Shown here one piece after another: positions 52,991 through 64,000 of a stretch of DNA of 64,000 bases. The position numbers and the translations under genes are program-made. The stretch is from the NCBI GenBank assembly GCA_036004665.1, contig DASYRG010000015.1:1885-65884 (forward strand), in the 5' to 3' direction. This DNA comes from a bacterium (GTDB lineage: Bacteria > Sysuimicrobiota > Sysuimicrobiia > Sysuimicrobiales > Humicultoraceae). The notes under the pieces are model-generated. The model saw only the letters and a program-made list of their open reading frames with translations, had not been told where the DNA came from and made no database searches. Within the stretch, counting starts at the first letter, position 1. Every line of letters starts with the position of its first letter.

Positions 52991-55246
52991 ATGGGGTCTG
53001 AGATGAGCAGCGTCGGACAGCGGTTGCGCCGCGTCGACGGGCGAGAGAAGGTCACCGCGGCCGCCCGCTACACCGAAGACCTCGTTCTCCCCGGCATGCT
53101 GCACGCCCGTTTGCTACTCTCGCCGCATCCCCACGCCAGGATCATCCGCATCGATCGAGCGGCGGCGGGGGCGGTCTCCGGCGTCGTTTCGGTGCTGCTG
53201 GCTGAGGATCTCCCCATCGCAGCCGACGCCGATCGGGAAGAGCACCTGCTGCTCGCGGAGGGGGAGACGCGGTACACGGGCCACCCTGTCGCGGCGGTGC
53301 TGGCCGAGAGCGAGGAGGCGGCTGCCGACGGCGTGGACGCGCTGGCCGGCGCGGCCGAGTATGAGGTCCTCCCTGCCGCCCTCGACCCGGAGGGGGCGAT
53401 GCGGCCGGATGCGCCGCTGGTGCACCCGGAGGGCGACGACGGCGACACGCAGGAGGGGCAGCACGCCACGGTCGCGGTGCGGAAGGCCAAGGGCCCGCGG
53501 CCGCGCAACAGCGCCAACGTGACCCGCTTCTCGCGAGGAGACGTCGAGGCGGCTTTCCGCGAGGCCGAGGTCGTGGTGGAAGGGGCGTATTCGACAGAGC
53601 GAATCTACCAGGCCTACCTGGAGCCGCACGCCACCGTCGCCGTGCCCGACCTCATCAGCGGCGGCCTGACCGTCTACACCTCCACTCAGGCGATGTTCTA
53701 CGTGCGCCAGAGCGTCAGCGACCTGCTGGGGTTGCCCGAGCAGCAGGTGCGCGTCGTAGTGATGACCATCGGCGGCGGATTCGGCAGCAAGATTCTCCTC
53801 ACCCAGGGCCTCACCGCCGCGCTGGCGCTGGCGGTGCGGCGTCCGGTCCGGCTCGTGTTGCCGCGGCGGGAAGACTTCCTGGTCGCGAACGCGGCGCCGG
53901 CCTCCCGCATCACCGTCCGCTTGGGCGCGAAGCGCGACGGGACCCTGACGGCAATCTTCGCCCGCCTGATCTTCGACGTCGGCGCGGCCCCGGGCGGGTC
54001 CTCCTCCATCGCCGGCGTGCTGGTGGGCGGCTACTACAAGACGCCGCACCTCGCCATCGAAGGCATCGACGTCATGACGCATAAGCCGCCCGTCGGAGCG
54101 TATCGGGCGCCCGGCGCGCCTCAGGCGACGCTGGCCATCGAGGCCACGATGGACAGACTGGCCCGAGCCCTCGGGCGCGACCCGCTGGAGCTGCGGCTGC
54201 AGAACGCCTCGGCCGAAGGGGATCCTCTGCCGAACGGCCGGCCCTGGGCGCGCATAGGGCTGCGCGCGGTGCTGGAACAGATGCGCGAGCACCCTCTCTG
54301 GCGTGAAAGGCGGTCGGGCGAGGGCGTTGGGGCGGCGGTGGGCGGCTGGCCGGGGGCGATCGAATCGGCCAGCGCGCTCTGCCGGGCCAACACCGACGGC
54401 ACCTTCCAGGTGGTGGTGGGAGCGGTCGATCTGACCGGGACCTACACCGCGATGACGCAGATCGCCGCCGAGGTACTCGGGGTTCCCCCGGACCGGGTCC
54501 GCGTCGTCGGCGCCGACAGCGATCAGGCGCCCTACGCCGGTATGTCGGCGGGGAGCCGGACGACCCTCACCGTGGGCAGCGCGGTGCGGCTGGCCGCCGA
54601 GGATGCCCGGCGGCAGATCCTGGCCATCGCGGCGAAGGAGCTGGAGGCCAGCGAAGAGGACCTCGAGATCGCCGACGGGCAGGTGCGCGTGCGCGGCGTG
54701 CCGGCCAAGGGGATCGACCTGGACGACGTAGCGATCAAGTCGATGCGCTTCGGTGCCAAGTACCCGCCGATCTTCGGCCGGGGGTCCATCGCCTCTCCCA
54801 AGCAGTCTCCGGGGTTCGCCGGGCACATCGTGAAGGCGGAGGTGGATCGGGAGACCGGGGCGGTCCGCATCACCCGGCACGCGGTGATCCAGGATGTCGG
54901 GTTCGCGATCAATCCCGCAGCGGTGGAGGGGCAGATCTTCGGCGGGGCGGCGCAGGCCGCGGGCTGGGCGATGCTGGAGGGTCTGGTCTACGACGAGGGC
55001 GGGGCGCTGCTCTCCTCAACCTTCGCTGACTATGCGATCGCCCGCGCCACCACGATGGCGCCGATCGACGCGGTGATGGTGGAGGTCGCCTCGATCGACG
55101 GTCCCTTCGGCGCCAAAGGTGTGGGGGAACCGCCGATCATCGCCGGGGCCGCGGCCGTCGTCAACGCGCTGGCCGATCTCGGCATCGCGATGTCTGACCT
55201 GCCGGTCACGCCGGCGCGCGTCCTCGAAGCATCACGGCGGCCCTAA
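52991..55246 (+). CDS. Xanthine dehydrogenase / aldehyde oxidase family molybdopterin-binding large subunit
   Basis: GQRLRRVDGREKVTAAARYTEDL..., GGGFGSK, YRAPGAPQA, and GVGEPPIIAGAAAVVNAL at the C-terminus. No FeS or FAD subunit genes are adjacent. Confidence 0.85.
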   Translation: MGSEMSSVGQRLRRVDGREKVTAAARYTEDLVLPGMLHARLLLSPHPHARIIRIDRAAAGAVSGVVSVLLAEDLPIAADADREEHLLLAEGETRYTGHPVAAVLAESEEAAADGVDALAGAAEYEVLPAALDPEGAMRPDAPLVHPEGDDGDTQEGQHATVAVRKAKGPRPRNSANVTRFSRGDVEAAFREAEVVVEGAYSTERIYQAYLEPHATVAVPDLISGGLTVYTSTQAMFYVRQSVSDLLGLPEQQVRVVVMTIGGGFGSKILLTQGLTAALALAVRRPVRLVLPRREDFLVANAAPASRITVRLGAKRDGTLTAIFARLIFDVGAAPGGSSSIAGVLVGGYYKTPHLAIEGIDVMTHKPPVGAYRAPGAPQATLAIEATMDRLARALGRDPLELRLQNASAEGDPLPNGRPWARIGLRAVLEQMREHPLWRERRSGEGVGAAVGGWPGAIESASALCRANTDGTFQVVVGAVDLTGTYTAMTQIAAEVLGVPPDRVRVVGADSDQAPYAGMSAGSRTTLTVGSAVRLAAEDARRQILAIAAKELEASEEDLEIADGQVRVRGVPAKGIDLDDVAIKSMRFGAKYPPIFGRGSIASPKQSPGFAGHIVKAEVDRETGAVRITRHAVIQDVGFAINPAAVEGQIFGGAAQAAGWAMLEGLVYDEGGALLSSTFADYAIARATTMAPIDAVMVEVASIDGPFGAKGVGEPPIIAGAAAVVNALADLGIAMSDLPVTPARVLEASRRP

Positions 55247-56634
55247 GGTTGCAGCGCCGCGGCCGTCTTGAGGATCGCCTCCGCAGACCGGTCGACGTCT
55301 TCGTCAGTCGTGGTCCAGTTAGAGATGGAGATCCGCATCGCTTCCTTTCCCTGCCAGGTGGTGCCGCCACACCAGGCGGTCCCGTCCCGCTGCACCCCGG
55401 CGATGACCGCGCGCGTGAATGCTCCCGGGTCGCGGGCAGGCGGGCGGAAGCGGACCAGTACCTGGTTCAGCACGACCTCGTTGAGAATCTCCACCTTCGC
55501 CGAGCGCTGCAGCGCCTCCGCCATGCGGCGGGCAAGGCGGCAGCAGCGTTCCACCAGATCGGTCACGCCGCGGCGGCCCAGGGAGCGCAGGGCGGCGTAG
55601 AGCGCAAACCCGCGCGCTCGCCGCGAGAACTCCGGCACCCAGTCGTACGGATCGCGTCCCTCCACCGCCCCCATGAGATAGGCGGCGACGCCGCGCATCG
55701 CCGCCCGGTGCGCGTCCTGGTGGGCGACGATGACCAGCCCGGAATCGTAGGGGACGTTGAGCCACTTGTGGGCGTCGGTCGCCCAGGAATCGGCGTCGGC
55801 CGCCCCGGCCAGGGATCCGCGCAGGCCGGGACTGACCGCGGCCCAGAGCCCAAACGCGCCGTCGACGTGTAGCCATGCGCCATGCCTCCGGGCCAACGCG
55901 GCGATGTCTGCGAGAGGGTCGAACGCCCCGGTGTTGACGTTGCCCGCCTGAGCGCAGACGATCGTCGGGCCGTGGCAGTCGGACAGGACGCGGCCGAGGT
56001 CCTCCGCGCGCATGCGCCCCTGGCCATCGGCCGGGACGCGCCTGACGCGTTCGCGGCCCAGCCCGAGCAAGCCGAGGGCGGCGAAGATGGTCACGTGCGC
56101 TTCATCGCCCACGACCACGTGGACCGGCGGAGCGTCGATCAATCCCTGGGCTTCGACGTCCCAGCCCGCGCCCGCCAGGACATGGTGGCGCGCGGCGGCC
56201 AGGCCGGTGAAGTTCGCCATGGTCGCACCGGTGACGAAACCGACGCTCGAGCTGCGCGGAAGGTCGAGGAGATCGAGCAGCCACGAGGCGGCCACCTCTT
56301 CCACCACGGCCGCCGCGGGTGCGGAGACGTAATTCCCGGCGTCTTGATCCCAGGCGGCGGTGAGCCAATCGGCGGCCAGTGCCGCGGGGAGAGCGCCGCC
56401 GATGACGAACCCGAAGTACCGGGGCCCGGCCGATGCGACCAGGCCGGGGTCGGCATCGCGCGCCAGTTCCCGGATGACCGTCTGGGGATCCACTCCATCG
56501 TCGGGGAGAGTGCCGCCGAGGGTGGCTCGGAGCGCCGCGGCGTCCACCGGCCTCCCCACCGGGCGCGAGGGCAGGGTCTCGAGGTAACGCGCGGCCAAGT
56601 CGGCCGCGAGGGCCAGGAGGGAGCGGTCGATCAA
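55243..56634 (-). CDS. Pyridoxal-phosphate-dependent (group II) amino-acid decarboxylase
   Basis: The DAHKWLNVPYDSG PLP-lysine motif in a 463-aa fold-type I protein. Confidence 0.8.
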   Translation of the reverse strand: MIDRSLLALAADLAARYLETLPSRPVGRPVDAAALRATLGGTLPDDGVDPQTVIRELARDADPGLVASAGPRYFGFVIGGALPAALAADWLTAAWDQDAGNYVSAPAAAVVEEVAASWLLDLLDLPRSSSVGFVTGATMANFTGLAAARHHVLAGAGWDVEAQGLIDAPPVHVVVGDEAHVTIFAALGLLGLGRERVRRVPADGQGRMRAEDLGRVLSDCHGPTIVCAQAGNVNTGAFDPLADIAALARRHGAWLHVDGAFGLWAAVSPGLRGSLAGAADADSWATDAHKWLNVPYDSGLVIVAHQDAHRAAMRGVAAYLMGAVEGRDPYDWVPEFSRRARGFALYAALRSLGRRGVTDLVERCCRLARRMAEALQRSAKVEILNEVVLNQVLVRFRPPARDPGAFTRAVIAGVQRDGTAWCGGTTWQGKEAMRISISNWTTTDEDVDRSAEAILKTAAALQP

Positions 56635-56650
56635 CGGTCGCTCGGGAAGG

Positions 56651-57100
56651 TCAGGCGGAGACGCCGCCCTCCGCGTCGCGGAGGCGGCGCGAGAGGGTCT
56701 GCATGATCTTGCGGCTGAGCGAGGGAGCGGCGTCCAGCAGGCTCCAGAAGTCGCGGAAGCTCACCACGAGCAGACGCATCGGCGTGACCGCTTCGACGTC
56801 GGCCGAGCGCAGCCCGCCGTCGAGCAGGCTCATTTCACCGACGAAATCGCCCGGCCCCAGGCGGATGGCGCGTTTCTGCCGCGTGCGCACAGTGGCCTCG
56901 CCCTTGACGATAATGAACATCTCCCGGCCCACGTGGCCGGCCGTGGCCAGCCGCTTCCCTGCCGGCACCTCCACATCGTCGGCGAGGCGGCTGATCTGGG
57001 CCAGTTGTTTTTGCGAGAGCCCGTCGAAGAGAGGGACGCGCTGGAGCAGCGCGATCTTGTCCGGCCGGGCGCGCCAGAGCGTCATGCCTTTCACCTCCAT
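56651..57100 (-). CDS. Stand-alone cyclic-nucleotide-binding (CAP-effector) domain protein
   Basis: LQRVPLFDGLS...GDFVGEMSLLDGGLRSADVEA is the cNMP phosphate-binding cassette. At 149 aa there is no output domain. Confidence 0.85.
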   Translation of the reverse strand: MEVKGMTLWRARPDKIALLQRVPLFDGLSQKQLAQISRLADDVEVPAGKRLATAGHVGREMFIIVKGEATVRTRQKRAIRLGPGDFVGEMSLLDGGLRSADVEAVTPMRLLVVSFRDFWSLLDAAPSLSRKIMQTLSRRLRDAEGGVSA

Positions 57101-57188
57101 GCGGGATCAGTTTCTCATTCACCTTCCCAGTCGGCTTCCCTGCACCTGTTGCCCTCGGCTTCCTTTGTAGCCTGCAGGGGCGGTCCCG

Positions 57189-60100
57189 TCAGCCCCCGGC
57201 GAGGGCCAGCACCCGCTGGACTCGACGGGAATGCAGAAAGACGGCGCGTAGCCGTTCGTCGGGGACCGATGCGGCGATGCGTTCGATGATCTCCCGACCC
57301 TTTTGGGCGCTGGCGGAGGCTTCCCCCGGGCGGCCCTGCGTCTTGTGCACCTCGGTCATGCCGGCGAGGGCGCGCCACAAGGCGGGAAGGCGCCCCGTCG
57401 TTTCTGCCTCGCGCGCTGCTTCCTGAAACTGCCCCAGAGCGTCCGTGTGCTCTCCCAGGGCCGCGGCAGCCTCCCCGGCGATGAGCAGCCCTGGCACTCG
57501 CCAGTGCTTCGCCTCGCCGATCTCGACGAGCCGGGCGAGATGCTCCGCAATTCTGTGGGCTTCTGCAGGCCGACCATGCAGGATTTCACTCAACCCCTCC
57601 AGGTAGGCAACCTCCTCTGCGAAGTCCAGGCGGGTCTCGGTCTCCTCCAGAGCCCGCCGCGCCCGGGTAATCTCCGTCTCCGCCTCCTCCCACCTCCCCA
57701 GCGCCGCCTTGTCGGCCGCGAGCGAGGCTCGGATAACCGGCAGCCAGACTCCTCTGACTTGATGTCCCAGCGCCAGCGCCTCCTCGTCGGTGGCCAGAGC
57801 GCCCGCGTAGTCTTCGAGTTCGCGATGGACCCGGCCGATGATGAGGAGGCTGTAGACGTGGATCCGTACCGCCCCGATCTGGCTGGCCAGGTCGACGCCG
57901 CGCGCGGCCAGAGTGAGGGCCCGACCGAAATCTCCCCGGATGGCGGCCAGGTTGGCCTGGACGAAGAGAGCGGGAGAGAGGTTGCGCGCATCCCCGATTT
58001 CCCCGAGGACGGCAACGCTGCGGTCGGCCTCGGCCTGCGAGGTCACGTAGTCTCCCCCTTTCTGCCGGGCGAACGCGATCATGTAGCGGTTCTCGCCCCC
58101 GAGCGAACGGTTGCCCAGCCGTTCGCACAGGGCCAGTGACTCCACGTACGACTTGACGGCGTCTTCGAAGCGGCCGAGGAACGCGAGATTGTCTCCCAAC
58201 CCGTGCAGGCTCTCCGCCAATCCCGCGGCGTCGTTGGCCCTCTCCAGGAGGTGCCGCGCCTCCTCGTGCACGCGGATGGACTCGGCATGATTGTCTTGGG
58301 CGAAAATGGTGAAGCCGATGTGGTTGAGGATCTGGCCGGTCAAGACAGGATCCTCCAACCGACGGCTGATCGCCAGGGCCCGCTCCAGGTATTCCAGCGC
58401 GGTCGCGTACTGGTCCTGTTGCCGGTAGGCGAAGCCGGTGCGGTCGAGGGCGATGGCTTCCCACCGGGGCTGCTCCAGCTCGCGGGCGAGCGCGCGGACA
58501 GCATCGAAGTCTGCGCGGGCCTGATCGTATTGTCCGAGGAGGAACCAGACCTCGCCCCGGCCATGGAATGCCCGCAGCCGTGCCGGCGAGGCGGGGTGAA
58601 GGTCGAGGGCGCGGGTGAAGTGGTCGAGCGCGGTCGTGTTCGCGTAGACGCCGGCGGCGCGCTCTCCGGCCAGAAGCAGGTGCGTGGTGGCCTCCTCCTG
58701 CGCTCGGAGGTCCGGAGGGAGCCCCAACTCCTGGCGCAGGCCAACAACCTGCAGCCAGTGATGGGCGATGTAGTCGGACCATTCCGCCGGCCGGTCGGCC
58801 GCCATCTGCGCTGTCCACTCCGCCATCCGCTCGTGCTGCAGCAGCCGGCGCGACTTGGGGATCATCGCGTAGGCTACGTCCCGGATGAGGATGTGGCGAA
58901 AGGTAAACTCGTCTTCCCCCACGAGCGTCGAGCGCAGCTTGCGGATCAACAGTTCCTTGTCGACCAAGGCCTGGACTGCATCCTCGATGTGGTTGCCTTG
59001 AACGACCAGCCGCAGCGGGCCCAGCCAGAAATCCTTCCCCTGAACAGCGGCGCCCTGCAGAGTCTGTTTCTCGGGGAGCGGCAGCGTGTCCACCCGCGCG
59101 CCGATGACGGCTTGGACCGTATCGGGAATCGCCACTTCTCCGAGGGGGATCGTCAACGCCCACCGGCCGTTCTCTTTGCTCAGGATCCCCCCCTCGACGA
59201 GGACGCGCAGCATCTCCTCCATGAAGAGCGGGTTGCCTTCCGCTCGGCGGAGGACCAATGCCACGACCTCCTCGGGCGCCGCCCTCTGGCCGAGGATCGC
59301 CTGAGCGAGCGCCCGGCTGTCCTCCCCTGGGAGAGGGTCCAGGAAGAGCGTGGTGGCACTGCGCTTGCCGCCCATCCAGCTTCTCCGCCGCTCCAACAAC
59401 TCGGGCCGGGAGAGGACGACCAGCAGCAGGGGAATGTCGCGGATCCAATCCCCGGCGTCCTCCAGAAAATCCAGCGTGACGTCCTCGGCGGAGTGAAAGT
59501 CTTCCAGGGTGAGGATCAGCGGGGCGCGGTCAGACAGCGCTCGAAAGAAGCCGCGCATCCCGGCAAAGAGCTCCTCGCGTGTGAGGTCCCGTCCTCCTCC
59601 CCCGAGCCCCAGGACGGTCAAGAGGGCAGGGACCGCGGCAGAGACTTCCAGCGCCGCCGCGGCCGCTTCCAGCTTATGGCGGGCAGACTCGAGGGGATCA
59701 CCGAAGAGGATGCCACACTGCTCGCGGATGGCCTCGGCCAGAGACCAGAACGGCACCCCCGTTCCATAGGGGATGGCGCGGCCCTGGAGGATGTGCACCT
59801 GCCCCTCCAGCACCCATCCGGTCCGTTGTCGAAACTCCTGGACCAGGCGGGTCTTGCCGACTCCCGCCGGGCCGAGGAGCGTCACCACATGGCCCCGCCT
59901 CTCCCGCAGCATTCGCCGCACGTGGCCCCCGAGGAGGTCCAGTTCCTCCTGCCGGCCGACGAAGGGCGTCGCCCGCAGCTCACGGGGTCGCGGAGGCGGA
60001 ACCTCCAGGAGCTGCCAGGCGGGCAGAGGCTGGGTCCGCCCCTTCACCTCCAGCGGAGGCACGGCGCGCAGCGTCGCCACATTCTGCAACGCTCTCATGG

Positions 60101-60638
60101 TCCGTTCCCCGACCAAAATCTGGCCCGGTTCGGCATGCTGCTGCAGGCGGGCAGCCAGATTCACGGTCTCGCCCGTGACCAGGAATTCCCCTTTCGCGGC
60201 CGCCTGCGGATCGGCCACCACCTCGCCCGTGTACAGGCCGATGCGGATCGGCGGGAGGTCGCCGGTCTCCGAGAGCGGATGGACTCGTTGCTCGACGGCT
60301 GCGGCGGCGCGCGCCGCCCGCTCGGGGTCGTCCTCGTGGAGGGTGGGGAGGCCGAAGACGGCCATGACGGCGTCGCCGATGAACTTTTCCACGGTCCCAC
60401 CGAAGCGCTCGATCTCCTCCCGGGCGATGGTGAAGAAACGGGCCATCTGCGCGCGCAATGACTCCGGGTCCACCGCGCTGGAGAGGTGCGTCGAGCCGAC
60501 GACGTCGGCGAAGAGCACCGTGACGAACTTTCGCTCCTCTCCCGCCGTCTGACCCGTCGCCATGGCGGTCCCGCAGTTGCCGCAGAAGCGCATGCCCGGT
60601 GGGTTCTGGAAGCCGCAGGTCGGACAGCTCGTGGTCAT
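57189..60638 (-). CDS. Class III adenylate/guanylate cyclase fused to an AAA/STAND ATPase and TPR repeats, with an N-terminal zinc ribbon
   Basis: CPTCGFQNPPGMRFCGNCG, then cyclase motifs VTVLFADVVGST and GDAVMAVFG, a P-loop LLGPAGVGKTRL, and a long TPR-like C-terminus. Confidence 0.88.
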   Translation of the reverse strand: MTTSCPTCGFQNPPGMRFCGNCGTAMATGQTAGEERKFVTVLFADVVGSTHLSSAVDPESLRAQMARFFTIAREEIERFGGTVEKFIGDAVMAVFGLPTLHEDDPERAARAAAAVEQRVHPLSETGDLPPIRIGLYTGEVVADPQAAAKGEFLVTGETVNLAARLQQHAEPGQILVGERTMRALQNVATLRAVPPLEVKGRTQPLPAWQLLEVPPPRPRELRATPFVGRQEELDLLGGHVRRMLRERRGHVVTLLGPAGVGKTRLVQEFRQRTGWVLEGQVHILQGRAIPYGTGVPFWSLAEAIREQCGILFGDPLESARHKLEAAAAALEVSAAVPALLTVLGLGGGGRDLTREELFAGMRGFFRALSDRAPLILTLEDFHSAEDVTLDFLEDAGDWIRDIPLLLVVLSRPELLERRRSWMGGKRSATTLFLDPLPGEDSRALAQAILGQRAAPEEVVALVLRRAEGNPLFMEEMLRVLVEGGILSKENGRWALTIPLGEVAIPDTVQAVIGARVDTLPLPEKQTLQGAAVQGKDFWLGPLRLVVQGNHIEDAVQALVDKELLIRKLRSTLVGEDEFTFRHILIRDVAYAMIPKSRRLLQHERMAEWTAQMAADRPAEWSDYIAHHWLQVVGLRQELGLPPDLRAQEEATTHLLLAGERAAGVYANTTALDHFTRALDLHPASPARLRAFHGRGEVWFLLGQYDQARADFDAVRALARELEQPRWEAIALDRTGFAYRQQDQYATALEYLERALAISRRLEDPVLTGQILNHIGFTIFAQDNHAESIRVHEEARHLLERANDAAGLAESLHGLGDNLAFLGRFEDAVKSYVESLALCERLGNRSLGGENRYMIAFARQKGGDYVTSQAEADRSVAVLGEIGDARNLSPALFVQANLAAIRGDFGRALTLAARGVDLASQIGAVRIHVYSLLIIGRVHRELEDYAGALATDEEALALGHQVRGVWLPVIRASLAADKAALGRWEEAETEITRARRALEETETRLDFAEEVAYLEGLSEILHGRPAEAHRIAEHLARLVEIGEAKHWRVPGLLIAGEAAAALGEHTDALGQFQEAAREAETTGRLPALWRALAGMTEVHKTQGRPGEASASAQKGREIIERIAASVPDERLRAVFLHSRRVQRVLALAGG

Positions 60639-60691
60639 TAGGCGACCGGGTTGGCGGTGGTTACCTCGGAATTCGGGGAACTGCGAGGGGA

Positions 60692-61066
60692 TTACTTCTT
60701 TCGTCGGCCGCCGCGCTTGGCTTCGGTGTTCCGCTTGAGGTCGAGGAGGCGCTCCTCGCTCTCCTTCATGAACGCTTTCAGTTTGTCTTCAAAGGAGGCT
60801 CGGGAGCGGACGCGGGCGGTCCGTTCCTCGGGAGAGAGGGCCTGCTTGACGGAGAGATCGAGCTTCCCCTTCTCGTTGACCCCGAGGACTTTGACCCGGA
60901 TGCGCTCCCGTTCCTTGAGGTAGTCCTTGACGTCCTTGACGTAGGTGTCGGCGATCTCGGAGATGTGGACGAGACCGCTCTTGCCGTCGGGGAGCTCGAC
61001 GAAGGCGCCGTAATGGGTGATCTTGACGACCGTTCCTTCGACGATGGCGCCGGCTTCCACACTCAT
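60692..61066 (-). CDS. yabR: S1 RNA-binding domain protein (YabR-like)
   Basis: GAIVEGTVVKITHYGAFVELPDGKSGLVHISEIADTYV S1 fold with a basic tail. It sits next to divIC, as in Bacillus. Confidence 0.85.
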   Translation of the reverse strand: MSVEAGAIVEGTVVKITHYGAFVELPDGKSGLVHISEIADTYVKDVKDYLKERERIRVKVLGVNEKGKLDLSVKQALSPEERTARVRSRASFEDKLKAFMKESEERLLDLKRNTEAKRGGRRKK

Positions 61067-61118
61067 GTCGGGCGAAACTGAGGCCTCCTACAACCTGCTG
61101 CCGAAATGGGCAAGACGG

Positions 61119-61149
61119 ATTATACTGGGCCGCCCCCTTGAGGTGTCAA
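61119..61149 (-). promoter_or_regulatory. Probable promoter of yabR (TTGACA, then AGTATA at 17 nt or TATAAT at 19 nt)
   Basis: The minus strand reads TTGACAcctcaagggggcggcccagTATAATcc. It lies about 50 nt upstream of the yabR ATG. Confidence 0.45.
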
Positions 61150-61150
61150 G

Positions 61151-61175
61151 GAAAACCGGGGCGGTTCCCGCACCG
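61151..61175 (-). terminator. Rho-independent-like terminator after divIC
   Basis: Minus strand CGGUGCGG-GAA-CCGCCCCG (7 of 8 bp) followed by GUUUUCC. It begins 3 nt after the divIC stop. Confidence 0.5.
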
Positions 61176-61178
61176 ACT

Positions 61179-61544
61179 TCAGGGCCGCGGGACGGGAGTG
61201 GGCCGCACCAGGATGATCGGGATCTCGCCGGGCCGGACCAGCCCCAGCTGCTCTCGGGCGAGCCGTTCGATGTACTGGGGGGTGTGCAGGCGGCGGATCT
61301 CCTCTCGCAGCTGCGCGTTCTCTCTCCGCAGCGTCCCGAGCTCCCGACTGAGGCGGTCCGCCTCCCGGTGCAACCGGTAGGTCGCCAGGTAGGTCGCTCC
61401 AAAGGCGTTGACCGCCAGGGCGGCGACGCCGATCAGCACGAGTGGAAGGACCCAGCGGGGGAGCCGCGGGGTGCGGGGAGGGGGCAGGGCAACGACGCGG
61501 CGGCCGGAGGGCGCAGCGCGGCGATAGGTGGAAGGGGTCGGCAT
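61179..61544 (-). CDS. divIC: Septum formation initiator (FtsB/DivIC family)
   Basis: A single TM segment VLPLVLIGVAALAVNAF, a coiled coil ...LRRENAQLREEIRRL, and YIERLAREQLGLVRPGE. Confidence 0.85.
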   Translation of the reverse strand: MPTPSTYRRAAPSGRRVVALPPPRTPRLPRWVLPLVLIGVAALAVNAFGATYLATYRLHREADRLSRELGTLRRENAQLREEIRRLHTPQYIERLAREQLGLVRPGEIPIILVRPTPVPRP

Positions 61545-61616
61545 CCGCGCTCCGAGTGTTCGGATGGCGTCGCGACAATTCCTGTGTGACTCGTGGGCCG
61601 GTCGGAGGAGTCTGAG

Positions 61617-63900
<2,284 letters not shown>

Positions 63901-63904
63901 CAGG

Positions 63905-64000
63905 TCAGGAGGGCCGGGGCAGCTTCTTGATGGTGGCGCCTTTCCGTTCTTCGGCCAGCCACTTCTGGAAGAGCGACTCCTGGCGCTCCTGCGTCAGCTC
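63905..64000 (-). CDS. C-terminal 31 codons of a gene continuing beyond the window; possibly a PrsA/SurA-like peptidyl-prolyl isomerase
   Basis: My translation is ELTQERQESLFQKWLAEERKGATIKKLPRPS*. It resembles PPIase C-terminal tails, but the fragment is too short to be sure. Confidence 0.3.
   Translation of the reverse strand, partial: ELTQERQESLFQKWLAEERKGATIKKLPRPS

Noticed and set aside
53114-54880. A 588-aa minus-strand ORF inside the molybdo-hydroxylase gene.
   Set aside because: It is a shadow ORF. The plus-strand frame has XDH-family motifs along its whole length.
57586-60461. ORFs 57586..59448 (minus, 620 aa) and 58203..60461 (plus, 752 aa) overlapping the cyclase gene.
   Set aside because: These are alternative-frame or antisense shadows. 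Only frame 57189..60638 (minus) shows the zinc ribbon, cyclase, P-loop and TPR signatures.
56651-60638. A Pycsar- or CBASS-like anti-phage cyclic-nucleotide defence system (cyclase plus cNMP-binding effector).
   Set aside because: The cNMP-binding protein has no TM, TIR, nuclease or other killing domain. The cyclase is a 1149-aa STAND/TPR signalling protein, not a compact PycC or CD-NTase. No other defence genes are adjacent.

Overview
The window is a gene-dense, very GC-rich chromosomal segment with about 60 protein genes on both strands and one tRNA. I saw no rRNA, CRISPR array, transposase, integrase or prophage module. Many long ORFs in the track are out-of-frame or antisense shadow ORFs, which is typical of GC-rich DNA. 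I called genes only where the translation has recognisable motifs or clean coding character.

Content in order:
- MBL hydrolase and acyl-CoA ligase
- livMH-SBP-GF type branched-chain amino-acid ABC importer
- korAB 2-oxoacid:ferredoxin oxidoreductase
- a redoxin/DsbD-N fusion interrupted by an in-frame TGA at the catalytic Cys position (candidate selenoprotein)
- two M3B oligoendopeptidases
- a fadN-azlCD-fadA-fadE beta-oxidation operon
- penicillin-acylase-family protein and a CDF transporter
- a multicopper-oxidase/ZIP/DtxR metal operon
- a prkA-yhbH-spoVR operon
- BFN nuclease, LemA and an M48 protease, a LysM-NlpC/P60 hydrolase, murT-gatD, tRNA-Glu(CUC), tag, proC
- a coxMNOP-like haem-copper oxidase operon plus DUF420
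- a LuxR / XRE-TPR / small secreted peptide cassette
- GYD and thioredoxin-like proteins, two small hypotheticals, an alpha/beta hydrolase
- a heterodimeric ABC exporter and an orphan molybdo-hydroxylase large subunit
- PLP decarboxylase, a cNMP-binding protein and a 1149-aa adenylate cyclase-ATPase-TPR protein
- a yabR-divIC-eno-yabO-mazG block

The synteny (fadNAE, prkA-yhbH, murT-gatD, mazG-yabO..divIC-yabR, DUF420 after cta genes) suggests a high-GC Firmicute-like lineage of the Symbiobacterium, Thermaerobacter or Limnochordia type. This is inference only.

The most interesting candidates:
1. An unannotated 41-codon secreted pro-peptide immediately upstream of an XRE-HTH/TPR protein and a coupled LuxR-type regulator. 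This is an RRNPP-like architecture.
2. The UxxC redoxin with a hairpin downstream of the UGA.
3. A pair of related, inverted, nested-hairpin repeats in the spoVR/BFN intergenic region.
4. The oxidase-permease-repressor metal operon.

All functional calls come from reading the translations. No database search was run.
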